In this document: piece after piece, positions 33,555 through 43,490 of the stretch
How the letters are laid out: each line of letters begins with the position of its first letter
Numbering within the stretch: position 1 is the first letter of the stretch
Origin: Flavobacteriaceae bacterium
Lineage (GTDB): Bacteria > Bacteroidota > Bacteroidia > Flavobacteriales > Flavobacteriaceae
DNA length: 64,000 nt
NCBI GenBank assembly: GCA_965662705.1
Contig: CBFIIP010000090.1
Span: 9,163 to 73,162, forward strand
Direction: 5' to 3'
Position numbers and translations under genes: made by a program
Notes under the pieces: model-generated
What the model was told of the DNA's origin: nothing
Seen by the model: only the letters and a program-made list of their open reading frames with translations
Database searches by the model: none

Positions 33555-34895
33555 ATGTTTAAAAAGATTTTAATTGCCAATCGCGGTGAGATTGCCATGC
33601 GATTAATCAGGACTTGTAAAGAAATGGGTATAAAAACGGTTGGGGTGTACTCTACTGCTGATGAAGAGAGCCTTCATGTTCGCTTTGCCGATGAGGCAGT
33701 TTGCATAGGCCCTCCGTCCAGTTCAGAGTCCTATTTAAAAATAGCCAATATCATGGCCGCTGCAGAAATTTGTAATGCCGATGCCATTCATCCCGGTTAC
33801 GGTTTTTTGTCTGAGAACTCAAAATTTTCAAAAATCTGTAAAGAGCACGGGATCAAGTTTATTGGTGCTTCCTGCGAAATGATTGAAAAAATGGGGGACA
33901 AAGCCACTGCAAAAGCAACCATGAAAGCTGCAGGAGTCCCAACTATTCCTGGATCTGAAGGGATTTTGGAGTCCTTCGATGAATCCAAAAAAATCGCAAA
34001 ACAAATCGGATACCCCGTTATGCTAAAGGCTACGGCCGGTGGGGGCGGAAAGGGAATGCGTGCAGTTTGGAAAGAGGAAGATTTGCAAAAAGCTTGGGAA
34101 AGTGCCCGACAAGAAGCAGCCGCTTCCTTTGGAAATGATGGTATGTATATGGAAAAGCTGATCGAAGAACCTCGTCATATTGAAATACAGGTGGTAGGAG
34201 ATTCAAAAGGTAAGGCTTGCCATCTCTCCGAACGCGATTGTTCCGTTCAGAGAAGACACCAAAAATTAACCGAAGAAACCCCATCCCCATTCATGACCAA
34301 CGAGCTGAGAACGGAAATGGGTGCTGCAGCAGTAAAAGCTGCTGAGTACATCAAATATGAAGGTGCTGGTACCGTAGAATTTTTGGTGGATAAGCATCGA
34401 AATTTTTACTTTATGGAGATGAACACACGAATTCAGGTTGAACATCCTATTACCGAACAAGTCATCAATTTTGATCTCATTAGAGAACAAATCTTGGTAG
34501 CGGCAGGCGTGCCCATCTCGGGAGAGAATTATATTCCGAGTATGCACTCTATCGAATGTAGAATAAATGCCGAAGATCCCTATAATGACTTCAGGCCGAG
34601 TCCTGGGAAAATATCTACCCTCCATTTTCCGGGAGGCCATGGCGTAAGATTGGATACCCATGTGTATGGTGGATACATCATACCACCGCACTATGACTCT
34701 ATGATTGCCAAGCTAATTACAACGGCTCAGACCAGAGAAGAAGCCATCAACAAAATGAGACGTGCGCTGGATGAATTTGTCATTGAAGGAATCAAAACAA
34801 CCATTCCTTTTCACCGAAAATTGATGGATCATCCAGATTATATTTCAGGAAATTATACCACCAAATTCATGGAGAACTTTTCGATGGAGGATTAG
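33555..34895 (+). CDS. accC: acetyl-CoA carboxylase biotin carboxylase subunit
   Basis: [21 protein letters not shown]-terminus, ATP-grasp motifs ([32 protein letters not shown]), 446 aa. Confidence 0.95.
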   Translation: MFKKILIANRGEIAMRLIRTCKEMGIKTVGVYSTADEESLHVRFADEAVCIGPPSSSESYLKIANIMAAAEICNADAIHPGYGFLSENSKFSKICKEHGIKFIGASCEMIEKMGDKATAKATMKAAGVPTIPGSEGILESFDESKKIAKQIGYPVMLKATAGGGGKGMRAVWKEEDLQKAWESARQEAAASFGNDGMYMEKLIEEPRHIEIQVVGDSKGKACHLSERDCSVQRRHQKLTEETPSPFMTNELRTEMGAAAVKAAEYIKYEGAGTVEFLVDKHRNFYFMEMNTRIQVEHPITEQVINFDLIREQILVAAGVPISGENYIPSMHSIECRINAEDPYNDFRPSPGKISTLHFPGGHGVRLDTHVYGGYIIPPHYDSMIAKLITTAQTREEAINKMRRALDEFVIEGIKTTIPFHRKLMDHPDYISGNYTTKFMENFSMED

Positions 34896-34899
34896 CTTA

Positions 34900-35346
34900 T
34901 TACTTTTCCTTTTTCAAAAGAAATAATGCGTGATCCAATTCTTTTACGTGATTTTGAATCCCTTGGTTCTCCTTCCTTAATTCCTCTATTCTTTCCTCCA
35001 ACTCTGCTACCAGCGGAAGCACGGCGGCTATGCTTCGTGAAGATTTATTGCTACTGAGGTAGTAGGCCATTTTTGATTCTTTGATAGAACTCTTGTCGTC
35101 CCTTAGCATCAGCCCCTCTCCAGTGATAAACCAATGCGCATCGATATTGGTATTCAAGACCAGTTTTTGGGCCTGCTCTAAAGTGATAATACGTTCGCCG
35201 TTCAGGAGTTTAGAGACCACCTGTAGTGGTTGATCCATCAAAAGTCCAATCTCTGTTTTTGAACGAACTTTTTCACTCATGGTAAGGAATTTGACCACTT
35301 CGATAAAGCGTTGGGTCATTTCTTTTTTAAAACTTTTACTGGCCAT
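34900..35346 (-). CDS. HTH-type DNA-binding protein (phage CI/Xre-repressor-like N-domain) with C-terminal coiled coil
   Basis: The segment KTEIGLLMDQPLQVVSKLLNGERIITLEQAQKL...AHWFITGEG resembles CI-repressor-type HTH domains (the W-x-x-TGEG ending). The C-terminus LVAELEERIEELRKENQGIQNHVKELDHALFLLKKEK is coiled-coil-like. Confidence 0.55.
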   Translation of the reverse strand: MASKSFKKEMTQRFIEVVKFLTMSEKVRSKTEIGLLMDQPLQVVSKLLNGERIITLEQAQKLVLNTNIDAHWFITGEGLMLRDDKSSIKESKMAYYLSSNKSSRSIAAVLPLVAELEERIEELRKENQGIQNHVKELDHALFLLKKEK

Positions 35347-35523
35347 ATATACATCGTTAACTGTTGAAGTAACAAATCAAAAGATAAGACATTAGTCAAG
35401 CCACTTTTGTTGATGAAAAAAGAGGAGGAAAATTTATTCACAATATGGGGCGTGTTTATCATTGATTGACAGTGTGAAATTAAGCAAAATTTATAAATTT
35501 TAACAAAATTTTTTAATCATTTG

Positions 35524-35623
35524 TTTCCAAATAGATCCGCTATTTCCAAATAAGAAATAAATAATGAGTATCTTTGAAGAACTCCAAATTTAATCGTCAT
35601 GAAAAAAACCATACTTAATCGTC
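35524..35623. repeat. two pairs of short direct repeats in the long gap upstream of the HTH gene
   Basis: TTTCCAAATA at 35524..35533 and 35543..35552. TTAATCGTC at 35590..35598 and 35615..35623. Confidence 0.5.
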
Positions 35624-35778
35624 CTCCATCTTAATTTTCTTTTGGTGGAAACCTCGATATTGTCTTATTCCTTTTGCAAGTTGAACTCAAAGGAGTGAGG
35701 GTATCTCAGTTGTGCACCCCCATAGGAATCAATTCAGATTTTTTTTATCCCAATTTGGGAACCTTGATCCTCTCTTTG

Positions 35779-35940
35779 ATGGATCTGCCTTATCGTTCAG
35801 AGACTTTTATGAACTGGTATGAAAAAAAAATTCATCAATGGTCTCAAAAAGTAGATTTGGAAAACAAAAATAATTTGGCAGAGCTCACATTGGATTTTTA
35901 CCATTTGCTCAAGAAAAGTAAAAAGTCGATTCAAAATTAA
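35779..35940 (+). CDS. hypothetical small protein (53 aa from the first ATG; ORF track 35674..35940)
   Basis: ORF only. Helical-looking sequence (MDLPYRSETFMNWYEKKIHQWSQKV...). Its stop overlaps the asd stop. No motif recognised. Confidence 0.2.
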   Translation: MDLPYRSETFMNWYEKKIHQWSQKVDLENKNNLAELTLDFYHLLKKSKKSIQN

Positions 35941-36926
35941 ATTAAGCCTTCCTCCAATAAATATTCGGCAATTTGGATGGTGTTGGTGGCAGCTCCTTTT
36001 CTGAGGTTATCGGCAACCACCCAAAGGTTGAGGGTTCTTGGCTGGGATTCGTCTCTTCTGATTCTCCCTACATAAACTTCATTTTTCCCTTCAGCATAAA
36101 TCGGCATGGGATAGGTATTGGTGGCCGGATTATCTTGCACGACCAATCCCGCACTCTCGCTCAATAGATTCCTCACCTCTTCCAGTTCAAAGTCATTTTT
36201 CAATTGGACATTGATTGACTCACTATGCCCCCCTACTACTGGAATCCTGATCGCTGTGGCTGTAATCCCAATGGAATCATCATTAAGAATCTTACGGGTT
36301 TCGTTGACCAGTTTCATCTCTTCTTTGGTATAGCCGTTTTCCATAAAAACGTCGCAATGCGGAAGCGCATTTCTGTGAATGGGATAGGGATAGGCCATTT
36401 CGCCTTTTTCTGATTTGTACTCGTTTTCCAATTGTTGAACCGCTTTGACACCAGTCCCAGTAATGGACTGATAGGTTGATACTACAATGCGTTCAATCCC
36501 ATACTTCTCTTGTAAAGGCGACAAAGCAACCAGCATTTGAATCGTTGAGCAGTTGGGGTTGGCAATGATTTTGTCTGAGGGGCTCAATGTTTTGGCATTG
36601 ATTTCAGGGATGATCAATTTTTTATTGGGATCCATCCGCCATGCCGAAGAATTATCAATCACTACTGTTCCTACTGCTTCAAACTTGGGGGCCCATTCCA
36701 AAGAGGTAGATCCCCCCGCAGAGAATAGGGCAATATTAGGTTGGAGTGAGACTGCATTTTCAAGTCCTACGACCTCAAAGCTTTTTGTCCCACAATCCAC
36801 TTTTTTACCTACCGACCGCTCAGAGGCTACTGGTATTAGTTCTGTAAATGGAAAATTTCTCTCGGCCAAGACCCGAAGCATCACTTCTCCTACCATTCCT
36901 GTAGCTCCAACTACTGCTAATTTCAT
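35937..36926 (-). CDS. asd: aspartate-semialdehyde dehydrogenase
   Basis: MKLAVVGATGMVG NAD-binding N-terminus and active-site NPNCSTIQM. Confidence 0.95.
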   Translation of the reverse strand: MKLAVVGATGMVGEVMLRVLAERNFPFTELIPVASERSVGKKVDCGTKSFEVVGLENAVSLQPNIALFSAGGSTSLEWAPKFEAVGTVVIDNSSAWRMDPNKKLIIPEINAKTLSPSDKIIANPNCSTIQMLVALSPLQEKYGIERIVVSTYQSITGTGVKAVQQLENEYKSEKGEMAYPYPIHRNALPHCDVFMENGYTKEEMKLVNETRKILNDDSIGITATAIRIPVVGGHSESINVQLKNDFELEEVRNLLSESAGLVVQDNPATNTYPMPIYAEGKNEVYVGRIRRDESQPRTLNLWVVADNLRKGAATNTIQIAEYLLEEGLI

Positions 36927-36941
36927 GATTTAAATTTTTGG

Positions 36942-36949
36942 CAAAATTA
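36942..36949 (-). promoter_or_regulatory. candidate -7 promoter box (TAATTTTG on minus strand) for asd
   Basis: The reverse complement of CAAAATTA is an exact TAnnTTTG match, 15 nt upstream of the asd ATG at 36926. Confidence 0.35.
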
Positions 36950-37033
36950 AGCCATATGCATTGGTTAACAATTTCAAAAGGTAATTTTTCAAAATCTTAA
37001 CTAATTGTTTGAATTATAACAATTAGCGCTTTT

Positions 37034-38122
37034 TTATTTTTTAACCACCCTTGGAATACGGTTACCCAAGGCCGATAGTAACTCGTAGGAGATAGTTCCT
37101 GAAGCTTCGGCCAAGGTATCGGCTCTGATCCCTTCTCCTAAAATCACAACCTCGCTTCCCTCACTACATGGAATATCATCGATTTCGACCATTATCATAT
37201 CCATGCAAACATTCCCTACTACTGGAGCTTTTTGGCCATCAATCAAAACCCAACCTTTACCTTGACCGTACTGTCTTGAAAAGCCATCGGCGTGTCCAAT
37301 GGGCAATACGGCAATACGTGTATTTTTGGAAGCCCTCCAGCTACTGTTGTATCCCACTGTTTCTCCTACTTGTATCTCGTGAATTTGAGTAATATGCGTT
37401 TTGAACGTTGCTATGGGTTTTAGAGATTCATTCCATTCCACTCGGTTGGCATATCCGTAAAATCCGATCCCTATCCTGACCCAATCCATCTGATGTTCAG
37501 GATAATTGAACAGACCGGAAGTATTCAGAAGGTGATATGCTATAGATCTGCTGGAATGGGCTTTATGTTTTTTCATGATTTGTTCAAAAAGAGAGATTTG
37601 ATTTGAGGTAACCGAATCTGGTTTGGGACATTCTGTTTGTCCAAGATGGGTATAAATGGATTTTACTTCGAAAGTTGAATTTTTAAGTTGGTCCAAAACC
37701 CAATTTACCTCATCTGGCTGGAATCCGATGCGGTTGAGCCCTGTATTGTATTTAATATGAATGGGAGGGATTAATTTTTTTGTCTTTTGGCTTTCTGCTA
37801 CCCATTTTTCCCAGCTTCTTTTACTGTACAATACCGGTTCAAGGTTGTGATCGATAATTTCTTTAAAACAATCTACTTGCGGGTAAAAAACCAAAATAGG
37901 AGCCTTGATGCCTAATTGCCTCAATTCTATCCCTTCCGATGAATAGGCTACAGCCAAAGCCTCGACCCCCAATGAGATTAATTTTTCAGCAATGGCGCCA
38001 GAGGCACTTCCATAGGCATTGGCCTTTATGACCCCAATAATTTTGGTATGAGATTTTAATCTCTTTCGGATGGAATGATAATTGAATTCTAATTTTTTTA
38101 AATCAATTTCAAGAAAGGTCAA
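37034..38122 (-). CDS. alr: alanine racemase
   Basis: PLP-lysine motif GVIKANAYGSA. Typical length (362 aa). C-terminal YELLSALGNRIPR. Confidence 0.9.
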   Translation of the reverse strand: MTFLEIDLKKLEFNYHSIRKRLKSHTKIIGVIKANAYGSASGAIAEKLISLGVEALAVAYSSEGIELRQLGIKAPILVFYPQVDCFKEIIDHNLEPVLYSKRSWEKWVAESQKTKKLIPPIHIKYNTGLNRIGFQPDEVNWVLDQLKNSTFEVKSIYTHLGQTECPKPDSVTSNQISLFEQIMKKHKAHSSRSIAYHLLNTSGLFNYPEHQMDWVRIGIGFYGYANRVEWNESLKPIATFKTHITQIHEIQVGETVGYNSSWRASKNTRIAVLPIGHADGFSRQYGQGKGWVLIDGQKAPVVGNVCMDMIMVEIDDIPCSEGSEVVILGEGIRADTLAEASGTISYELLSALGNRIPRVVKK

Positions 38123-38739
38123 GATAAATGTTTTTTGTCGTTTCGGTTTTCCTTCTTTTCTTGATTTCTAATGGCTTTATTGAAAGCCTCCCTACTCAGT
38201 GGTTCATAGTTTTCTTTTTCACCTATTACCACCAGATCTTTTTGATCCGAGGTTCTGTGGCTGTAATGCGCCAAATTTCCCGTTCGGGTGCATACAGCGT
38301 GCACTTTGGTAACGTATTCGGCGGTGGCCATCAGAGCAGGCATGGGTCCAAAAGGATTCCCTTTATAGTCCATATCCAAACCTGCTACGATCACACGTAC
38401 TCCACGATTGGCCAAATCATTGCATACTTCAACAATTTCATCATCAAAAAATTGAGCTTCGTCAATGCCTACTACTTGACAGTCGTTGGCAAGGATGGGA
38501 ATATTTGCTGCGGCTGGAACTGATGTGGATGGGATTTGATTTGAATCGTGAGAAGTAACCATCTGATCGTCATATCGCTTGTCGATAGCCGGTTTAAAAA
38601 TTTCAATTTTTTGCTTGGCAAATTGCGCGCGTTTGAGGCGGCGTATCAATTCTTCTGTTTTTCCTGAAAACATAGAACCACAGATCACTTCGATCCAGCC
38701 AAATTGTTCATTATGGGTTACAGGATTTTCTAAAAACAT
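38119..38739 (-). CDS. tdk: thymidine kinase
   Basis: P-loop GSMFSGKTEEL and VIGIDEAQFF motifs. Start set at the ATG at 38739 (the ORF track TTG at 38757 is less likely). 4-nt overlap with alr. Confidence 0.9.
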   Translation of the reverse strand: MFLENPVTHNEQFGWIEVICGSMFSGKTEELIRRLKRAQFAKQKIEIFKPAIDKRYDDQMVTSHDSNQIPSTSVPAAANIPILANDCQVVGIDEAQFFDDEIVEVCNDLANRGVRVIVAGLDMDYKGNPFGPMPALMATAEYVTKVHAVCTRTGNLAHYSHRTSDQKDLVVIGEKENYEPLSREAFNKAIRNQEKKENRNDKKHLS

Positions 38740-38796
38740 TTTGTAATTTACAGTCAAACAAAGGTATTAAATCAAAGCTTTGAATTAGCATAAATT

Positions 38797-39450
38797 ATGC
38801 CCAATAAAGTCCATCAACAACTCCAACAGCTTGCCCATGAAATATTGGAAATGAAGGAGCCATACGATTATCAAAAGCTTTACGATGCTACATTATCGAT
38901 CTTTGAACGTTTGGTTTTGATCAAAAACACAGAGGGCTTTAACAAAGATTTCTGGGAGGATTTTGAACAGAATTTCGATCAGGCAGTGGATTTTGTTAAA
39001 GTACAACCCGAGTCAAAAAAATCGAATGAACTGATTAGCGATCGTGAAGAATTACCCCCTATAATGGACGCCATAAAGGAAATTGTCAAAGAAATTCCTG
39101 AGGCCAAGCCAAAGGAGGTGAATTTATTTCAAGACAGCGGGAGAGAATTATCTTTTGAAAAAAAAGAAGAAATTTCCTCCACAGCGCTGGAAAATCAAAA
39201 AAGCTTGAATGATAAATTTTCAAAAGATCTACAAATTGATCTCAACGATCGATTGGCATTCATCAAACACCTTTTTGATCAAAAGCCCAATGATTATCAA
39301 CGTGCCATTTCACAAATTTCTACACACCAGTCATGGGAGGATGCTCAAAAATTTATTTTAGAAATGATTAAACCCGATTACAATCATTGGGAGGGGAAAG
39401 AGCATTATGAAGTCCGATTTTTGAAAATTGTAGAGAACAATTTCGAATAG
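38797..39450 (+). CDS. hypothetical acidic protein
   Basis: 217-aa ORF with normal coding appearance between tdk and rsmI. No motif I can name. Confidence 0.55.
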   Translation: MPNKVHQQLQQLAHEILEMKEPYDYQKLYDATLSIFERLVLIKNTEGFNKDFWEDFEQNFDQAVDFVKVQPESKKSNELISDREELPPIMDAIKEIVKEIPEAKPKEVNLFQDSGRELSFEKKEEISSTALENQKSLNDKFSKDLQIDLNDRLAFIKHLFDQKPNDYQRAISQISTHQSWEDAQKFILEMIKPDYNHWEGKEHYEVRFLKIVENNFE

Positions 39451-39475
39451 GTCATAGATTTTCAACCGAGAGAGA

Positions 39476-40153
39476 ATGGGGGAGCTTTTTTTAGTACCAA
39501 CGCCAATAGGAAACCTTGGAGACATTACATACCGAGCGGTAACGACTTTAAACGAGGTGGATCTCATTTTGGCTGAGGACACCCGAACGAGCAGTAAATT
39601 GCTCAAACATTTCCAGATCACCACGCCCATGCAATCTTTTCATGCTCACAATGAACACCACAAATTAAAGGAGGTTTGTTCTAAACTGTCCATTGGACAG
39701 AACATTGCACTTATTTCTGATGCTGGTACTCCAGGGGTTTCAGACCCTGGTTTTCTTCTGGTTCGTGAGGTGTTGTCCCTCAACTTTAAGATTACCTGTT
39801 TACCAGGGGCTACTGCTCTAATTCCTGCTTTGGTACAAAGTGGTTTGCCTTGCGATCGATTTATTTTTGAAGGTTTTTTACCTCCAAAAAAAGGAAGAAA
39901 CAAACGTTTGCATAATCTCATTCATGAAAGCAGAACCCTAATTTTTTATGAATCTCCCCACAAACTGATCAAGACTTTAAAACAATTTGCTGAGCTTTTT
40001 GGGGGTGATCGGAGTATTTCTGTTTCCAGAGAGCTGTCAAAAATGTATGAAGAAACTTTTAGAGGCACCTTGGAGGAAGCGGTAAAACATTATGAAATAC
40101 ATGCCCCCAAGGGAGAATTTGTGATCTGTCTAGCCGGGTCTCAAAATAAATGA
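39476..40153 (+). CDS. rsmI: 16S rRNA (cytidine1402-2'-O)-methyltransferase
   Basis: LFLVPTPIGNLGDITYRA N-terminus, AEDTR and SDAGTPGVSDPG motifs. Confidence 0.9.
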   Translation: MGELFLVPTPIGNLGDITYRAVTTLNEVDLILAEDTRTSSKLLKHFQITTPMQSFHAHNEHHKLKEVCSKLSIGQNIALISDAGTPGVSDPGFLLVREVLSLNFKITCLPGATALIPALVQSGLPCDRFIFEGFLPPKKGRNKRLHNLIHESRTLIFYESPHKLIKTLKQFAELFGGDRSISVSRELSKMYEETFRGTLEEAVKHYEIHAPKGEFVICLAGSQNK

Positions 40154-41847
40154 TGACGATGAACTGGAGTCCCAAACCACTTCCGAATGAGGATAAAGTA
40201 AAATTCTTACAAAGTGAAATAGGGGTGCCCTACGAAATAGCCTCATTATTGATTCAAAGAGAAATTGAAGATTTTGATACTGCTAGATCTTTTTTTCGAC
40301 CCGAACTGTCCGACTTGCATGATCCATTTTTGATGTTAGGTATGCGTGAAGCGGTAGATCGAATGCTTTCTGCCATAGATCAGGAGGAAAAAATAATGGT
40401 CTATGGAGATTATGATGTAGATGGTACTACTGCCGTGGCCTTATTGTTTTCTTTTTTGAAGCAAAACCATCCCCATTGTCTCTATTATATCCCTGATCGA
40501 TATGAGGAGGGTTATGGAATATCATTTAAAGGGATAGATCATGCCAAGGCTGAGAAAATCAGTTTGATTATTGCATTGGACTGTGGAATCAAAGCAGTGG
40601 ACAAGGTCGCTTATGCTCAAACTTTAGGAATTGATTTCATCATCTGTGACCACCACCTTCCGGGGGAAGAACTTCCCCCTGCGATCGCCATTTTAGACCC
40701 AAAACAAGCCGATTGTAACTATCCATTCAAAGACTTATGTGGGTGTGGAATAGGCTTTAAACTCATTCACGCATTGACATTAAAAATGGGGGGAAAAATT
40801 GATGACATCCTTTCCTTCATGGATTTGGTTGCCATGGCCATTGCGGCAGATATCGTCCCCATGCAAGGGGAGAATAGGGTAATTACCCATTTTGGTATTC
40901 AACAAATAAATGAAAATCCTAGGTTGGGTATTCGTTTTTTTATCCACCAACTCAAAAGAAAAATAAATGTCTCCGACTTGGTATTTATCATCGCACCAAG
41001 GATCAATGGAGCAGGAAGGATTCAACACGGAAGCCATGCCGTTGATTTGCTCTTATCGGAGGACAAAGAGGAAGCTCTATTGCGAGCCAGGACAATAGAA
41101 CTGTTCAATAGTGAAAGAAAAGAATTGGACCAAAAAATTACTGCCCAAGCTTTGGACCAAATCAAACAAAATAAGGAGGAAGCTTTATATTCAACAGTGG
41201 TTTTTCAGCCCGACTGGCACAAAGGAGTGCTTGGGATTGTTGCCTCGAGATTAATCGAAACTTATTATAGGCCTACGGTTGTTTTTACAGTTTCTGGAGC
41301 GTTCTATACCGCCTCTGTTCGTTCGGTCAAGGGGGTAGATGTTTATCAGATTTTGGAAAGCTGTAAGAAACATATAGTTCAGTTCGGGGGTCATCGTTAC
41401 GCTGCAGGATTAACCATTACACCTGAAAATTACCTGCCGTTTAAAAAAGCCTTTGAAGCAGCAGTGGAAAAAGTCATTTTACCCGAACAACGCATCCCCA
41501 CAACCACTTATGACCTGGAGTTGGCATTGGATAAAATCACGCCCAAATTTCACAGGATAATGGAACAGATGGCTCCTTTTGGCCCCGGCAATATGCGGCC
41601 TGTTTTTTTGACCAAAGATTGTTTGGATGGGGGAGGAACCAAGGCGGTAGGTCAAGATCAAAGTCACCTCAAACTGGAAGTAATAGATTCATCAAGTGCA
41701 AGGCTCTCAGGGATTGGTTTTGGAATGGCCAATTACATCAGTAAAATTAAAAGCAGGGATTTTTTTCAGATAATTTATACGGTGGAGGAAAATGATTTTA
41801 GAGGACAGCGAAGCTTACAATTGAAGTTAAAAGATTTGAAATTTTAA
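40150..41847 (+). CDS. recJ: single-stranded-DNA-specific exonuclease RecJ
   Basis: DHH-family motifs (VYGDYDVDGTT, ICDHHLP) and DHHA1-like GGHRYAAG. ATGA overlap with rsmI. Confidence 0.9.
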   Translation: MMTMNWSPKPLPNEDKVKFLQSEIGVPYEIASLLIQREIEDFDTARSFFRPELSDLHDPFLMLGMREAVDRMLSAIDQEEKIMVYGDYDVDGTTAVALLFSFLKQNHPHCLYYIPDRYEEGYGISFKGIDHAKAEKISLIIALDCGIKAVDKVAYAQTLGIDFIICDHHLPGEELPPAIAILDPKQADCNYPFKDLCGCGIGFKLIHALTLKMGGKIDDILSFMDLVAMAIAADIVPMQGENRVITHFGIQQINENPRLGIRFFIHQLKRKINVSDLVFIIAPRINGAGRIQHGSHAVDLLLSEDKEEALLRARTIELFNSERKELDQKITAQALDQIKQNKEEALYSTVVFQPDWHKGVLGIVASRLIETYYRPTVVFTVSGAFYTASVRSVKGVDVYQILESCKKHIVQFGGHRYAAGLTITPENYLPFKKAFEAAVEKVILPEQRIPTTTYDLELALDKITPKFHRIMEQMAPFGPGNMRPVFLTKDCLDGGGTKAVGQDQSHLKLEVIDSSSARLSGIGFGMANYISKIKSRDFFQIIYTVEENDFRGQRSLQLKLKDLKF

Positions 41848-43490
41848 TTCCGGAAATTTTTATAGTGTTGAATCAACCCTTGTGTTGAAGGGTCGTGGTG
41901 ACCCAATTCCTCTTCTTCAAAATCTTTCAATATGTTGTTGGCCAATTGTTTACCCAATTCCACCCCCCACTGATCATAACTGAATATGTTCCAGATCACT
42001 CCCTGAACAAAAATTTTGTGCTCATAGAGTGCGATTAGCGCCCCCAAGTTATAGGGAGTAAGTTGATCAATAAAAATCGTGTTAGAAGGACGGTTGCCCT
42101 CAAAAACTTTAAAGGGTACCAGCTCCTCAATTTTTTCGGCGGACACTCCCTGATCGGTGAGTTCTTTTCTGACGGTCTCAGTATCTTTACCTTGCATCAA
42201 GGCTTGTGTTTGGGCGAAAAAATTGGACATCAATTTGTCTTGATGGTCGTTTCCTTGATGCAAAGGTTTGGCAAAGCCAATAAAATCCGCTGGGATCATT
42301 TTGGTTCCTTGGTGCATCAATTGAAAGAAAGCGTGTTGCGCATTGGTGCCCGATGCACCCCAGATGATATTGCCGGTTTGATATTTTACCACTTCTCCAT
42401 TTCGATCTACCCCTTTTCCATTGCTTTCCATGATGGCTTGTTGAAGATAGGCGGGTAAACTCCTTAAATATTGAGAATAGGGAATGATGGCCTCGGTTTC
42501 TACCTCCCAAAAGTTATTGTACCACACAGAGATCAAAGCCAATATAACGGGGATATTTTCATGAAAGTCGGCAGTGCGAAAATGTTGATCCATCTTTCCA
42601 GCTCCGCTGAGCAAATCTTCAAAATGTTTTGGTCCAATGGCCAAACAAATGGAGAGTCCAACCGTACTCCACAATGAAAAACGCCCCCCTACCCAATCGT
42701 TCATCGGGAAGATATTTTCCTCTGAAATTCCAAATTGAGTTACCATTTTCAAATTGGTAGAAACCGCGACAAAATGATTGCTGATAGCCGACTCCTGGGC
42801 GTGACCCAAAAACCACTTGCGAAGGGTGGTGGCATTGCTCAATGTTTCTTGAGTGGTAAAGCTTTTGGAAACGATGATAAAAAGAGTAGTCTGAGGATCA
42901 ATCTTCTTGATGACTTCCTCTACATGATCTCCTTCAACATTGGAGACAAAAGTCACTTCAAGGTGATTTCCATAAAACTCTAGCGCCTCAGTGACCATGG
43001 CAGGGCCAAGATCTGAACCACCAATCCCGATATTGACGATATGGCGGATGGCTTTTCCGGTGTATCCTTTCCAATCTCCAGAGATGACCTGGTCTGCAAA
43101 ATCAAACATTTGTTTTTTAACCAGCTCAATTTTTGGGAGGATATCTTCACCATCTACCGCAATTGGAGTAGCATTGGGCTGTCTCAATGCAGTGTGAAGT
43201 ACCGCCCTGTTCTCCGTTTCATTGATTTTTTCTCCTTCAAAATAGGACTTGATGGCGTTTTCAAGCCCTGCTTCCTGAGCCATTGAAATAAGGAGGTCGA
43301 TGGTCTCCTTATCCAAAAGATTTTTGGAGTAATCCACATAAAACGATTCCCAAATCACTGCAAGTTCATCGACACGATTGGGGTCTTCATTAAAGTAGTC
43401 TGAAATTTTCTTTTCAGCATTTTTTTTATGTTTGGATACTAAGGATTTCCAAGATTTGAGGGACAGAGGGTTGTGCTTACTGAGTGTCAC
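41844..43490 (-). CDS. pgi: glucose-6-phosphate isomerase
   Basis: 548 aa with PGI signatures (IGIGGSDLGP, SKSFTTQETL, GVIWNIFSYDQWGVELGK). Confidence 0.95.
   Translation of the reverse strand: MTLSKHNPLSLKSWKSLVSKHKKNAEKKISDYFNEDPNRVDELAVIWESFYVDYSKNLLDKETIDLLISMAQEAGLENAIKSYFEGEKINETENRAVLHTALRQPNATPIAVDGEDILPKIELVKKQMFDFADQVISGDWKGYTGKAIRHIVNIGIGGSDLGPAMVTEALEFYGNHLEVTFVSNVEGDHVEEVIKKIDPQTTLFIIVSKSFTTQETLSNATTLRKWFLGHAQESAISNHFVAVSTNLKMVTQFGISEENIFPMNDWVGGRFSLWSTVGLSICLAIGPKHFEDLLSGAGKMDQHFRTADFHENIPVILALISVWYNNFWEVETEAIIPYSQYLRSLPAYLQQAIMESNGKGVDRNGEVVKYQTGNIIWGASGTNAQHAFFQLMHQGTKMIPADFIGFAKPLHQGNDHQDKLMSNFFAQTQALMQGKDTETVRKELTDQGVSAEKIEELVPFKVFEGNRPSNTIFIDQLTPYNLGALIALYEHKIFVQGVIWNIFSYDQWGVELGKQLANNILKDFEEEELGHHDPSTQGLIQHYKNFRN

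Noticed and set aside
35487-35500. Perfect 14-nt palindrome AAATTTATAAATTT.
   Set aside because: It consists only of A and T in a very AT-rich gap, so such palindromes are expected by chance. It is mentioned only as context for the repeat-rich gap.
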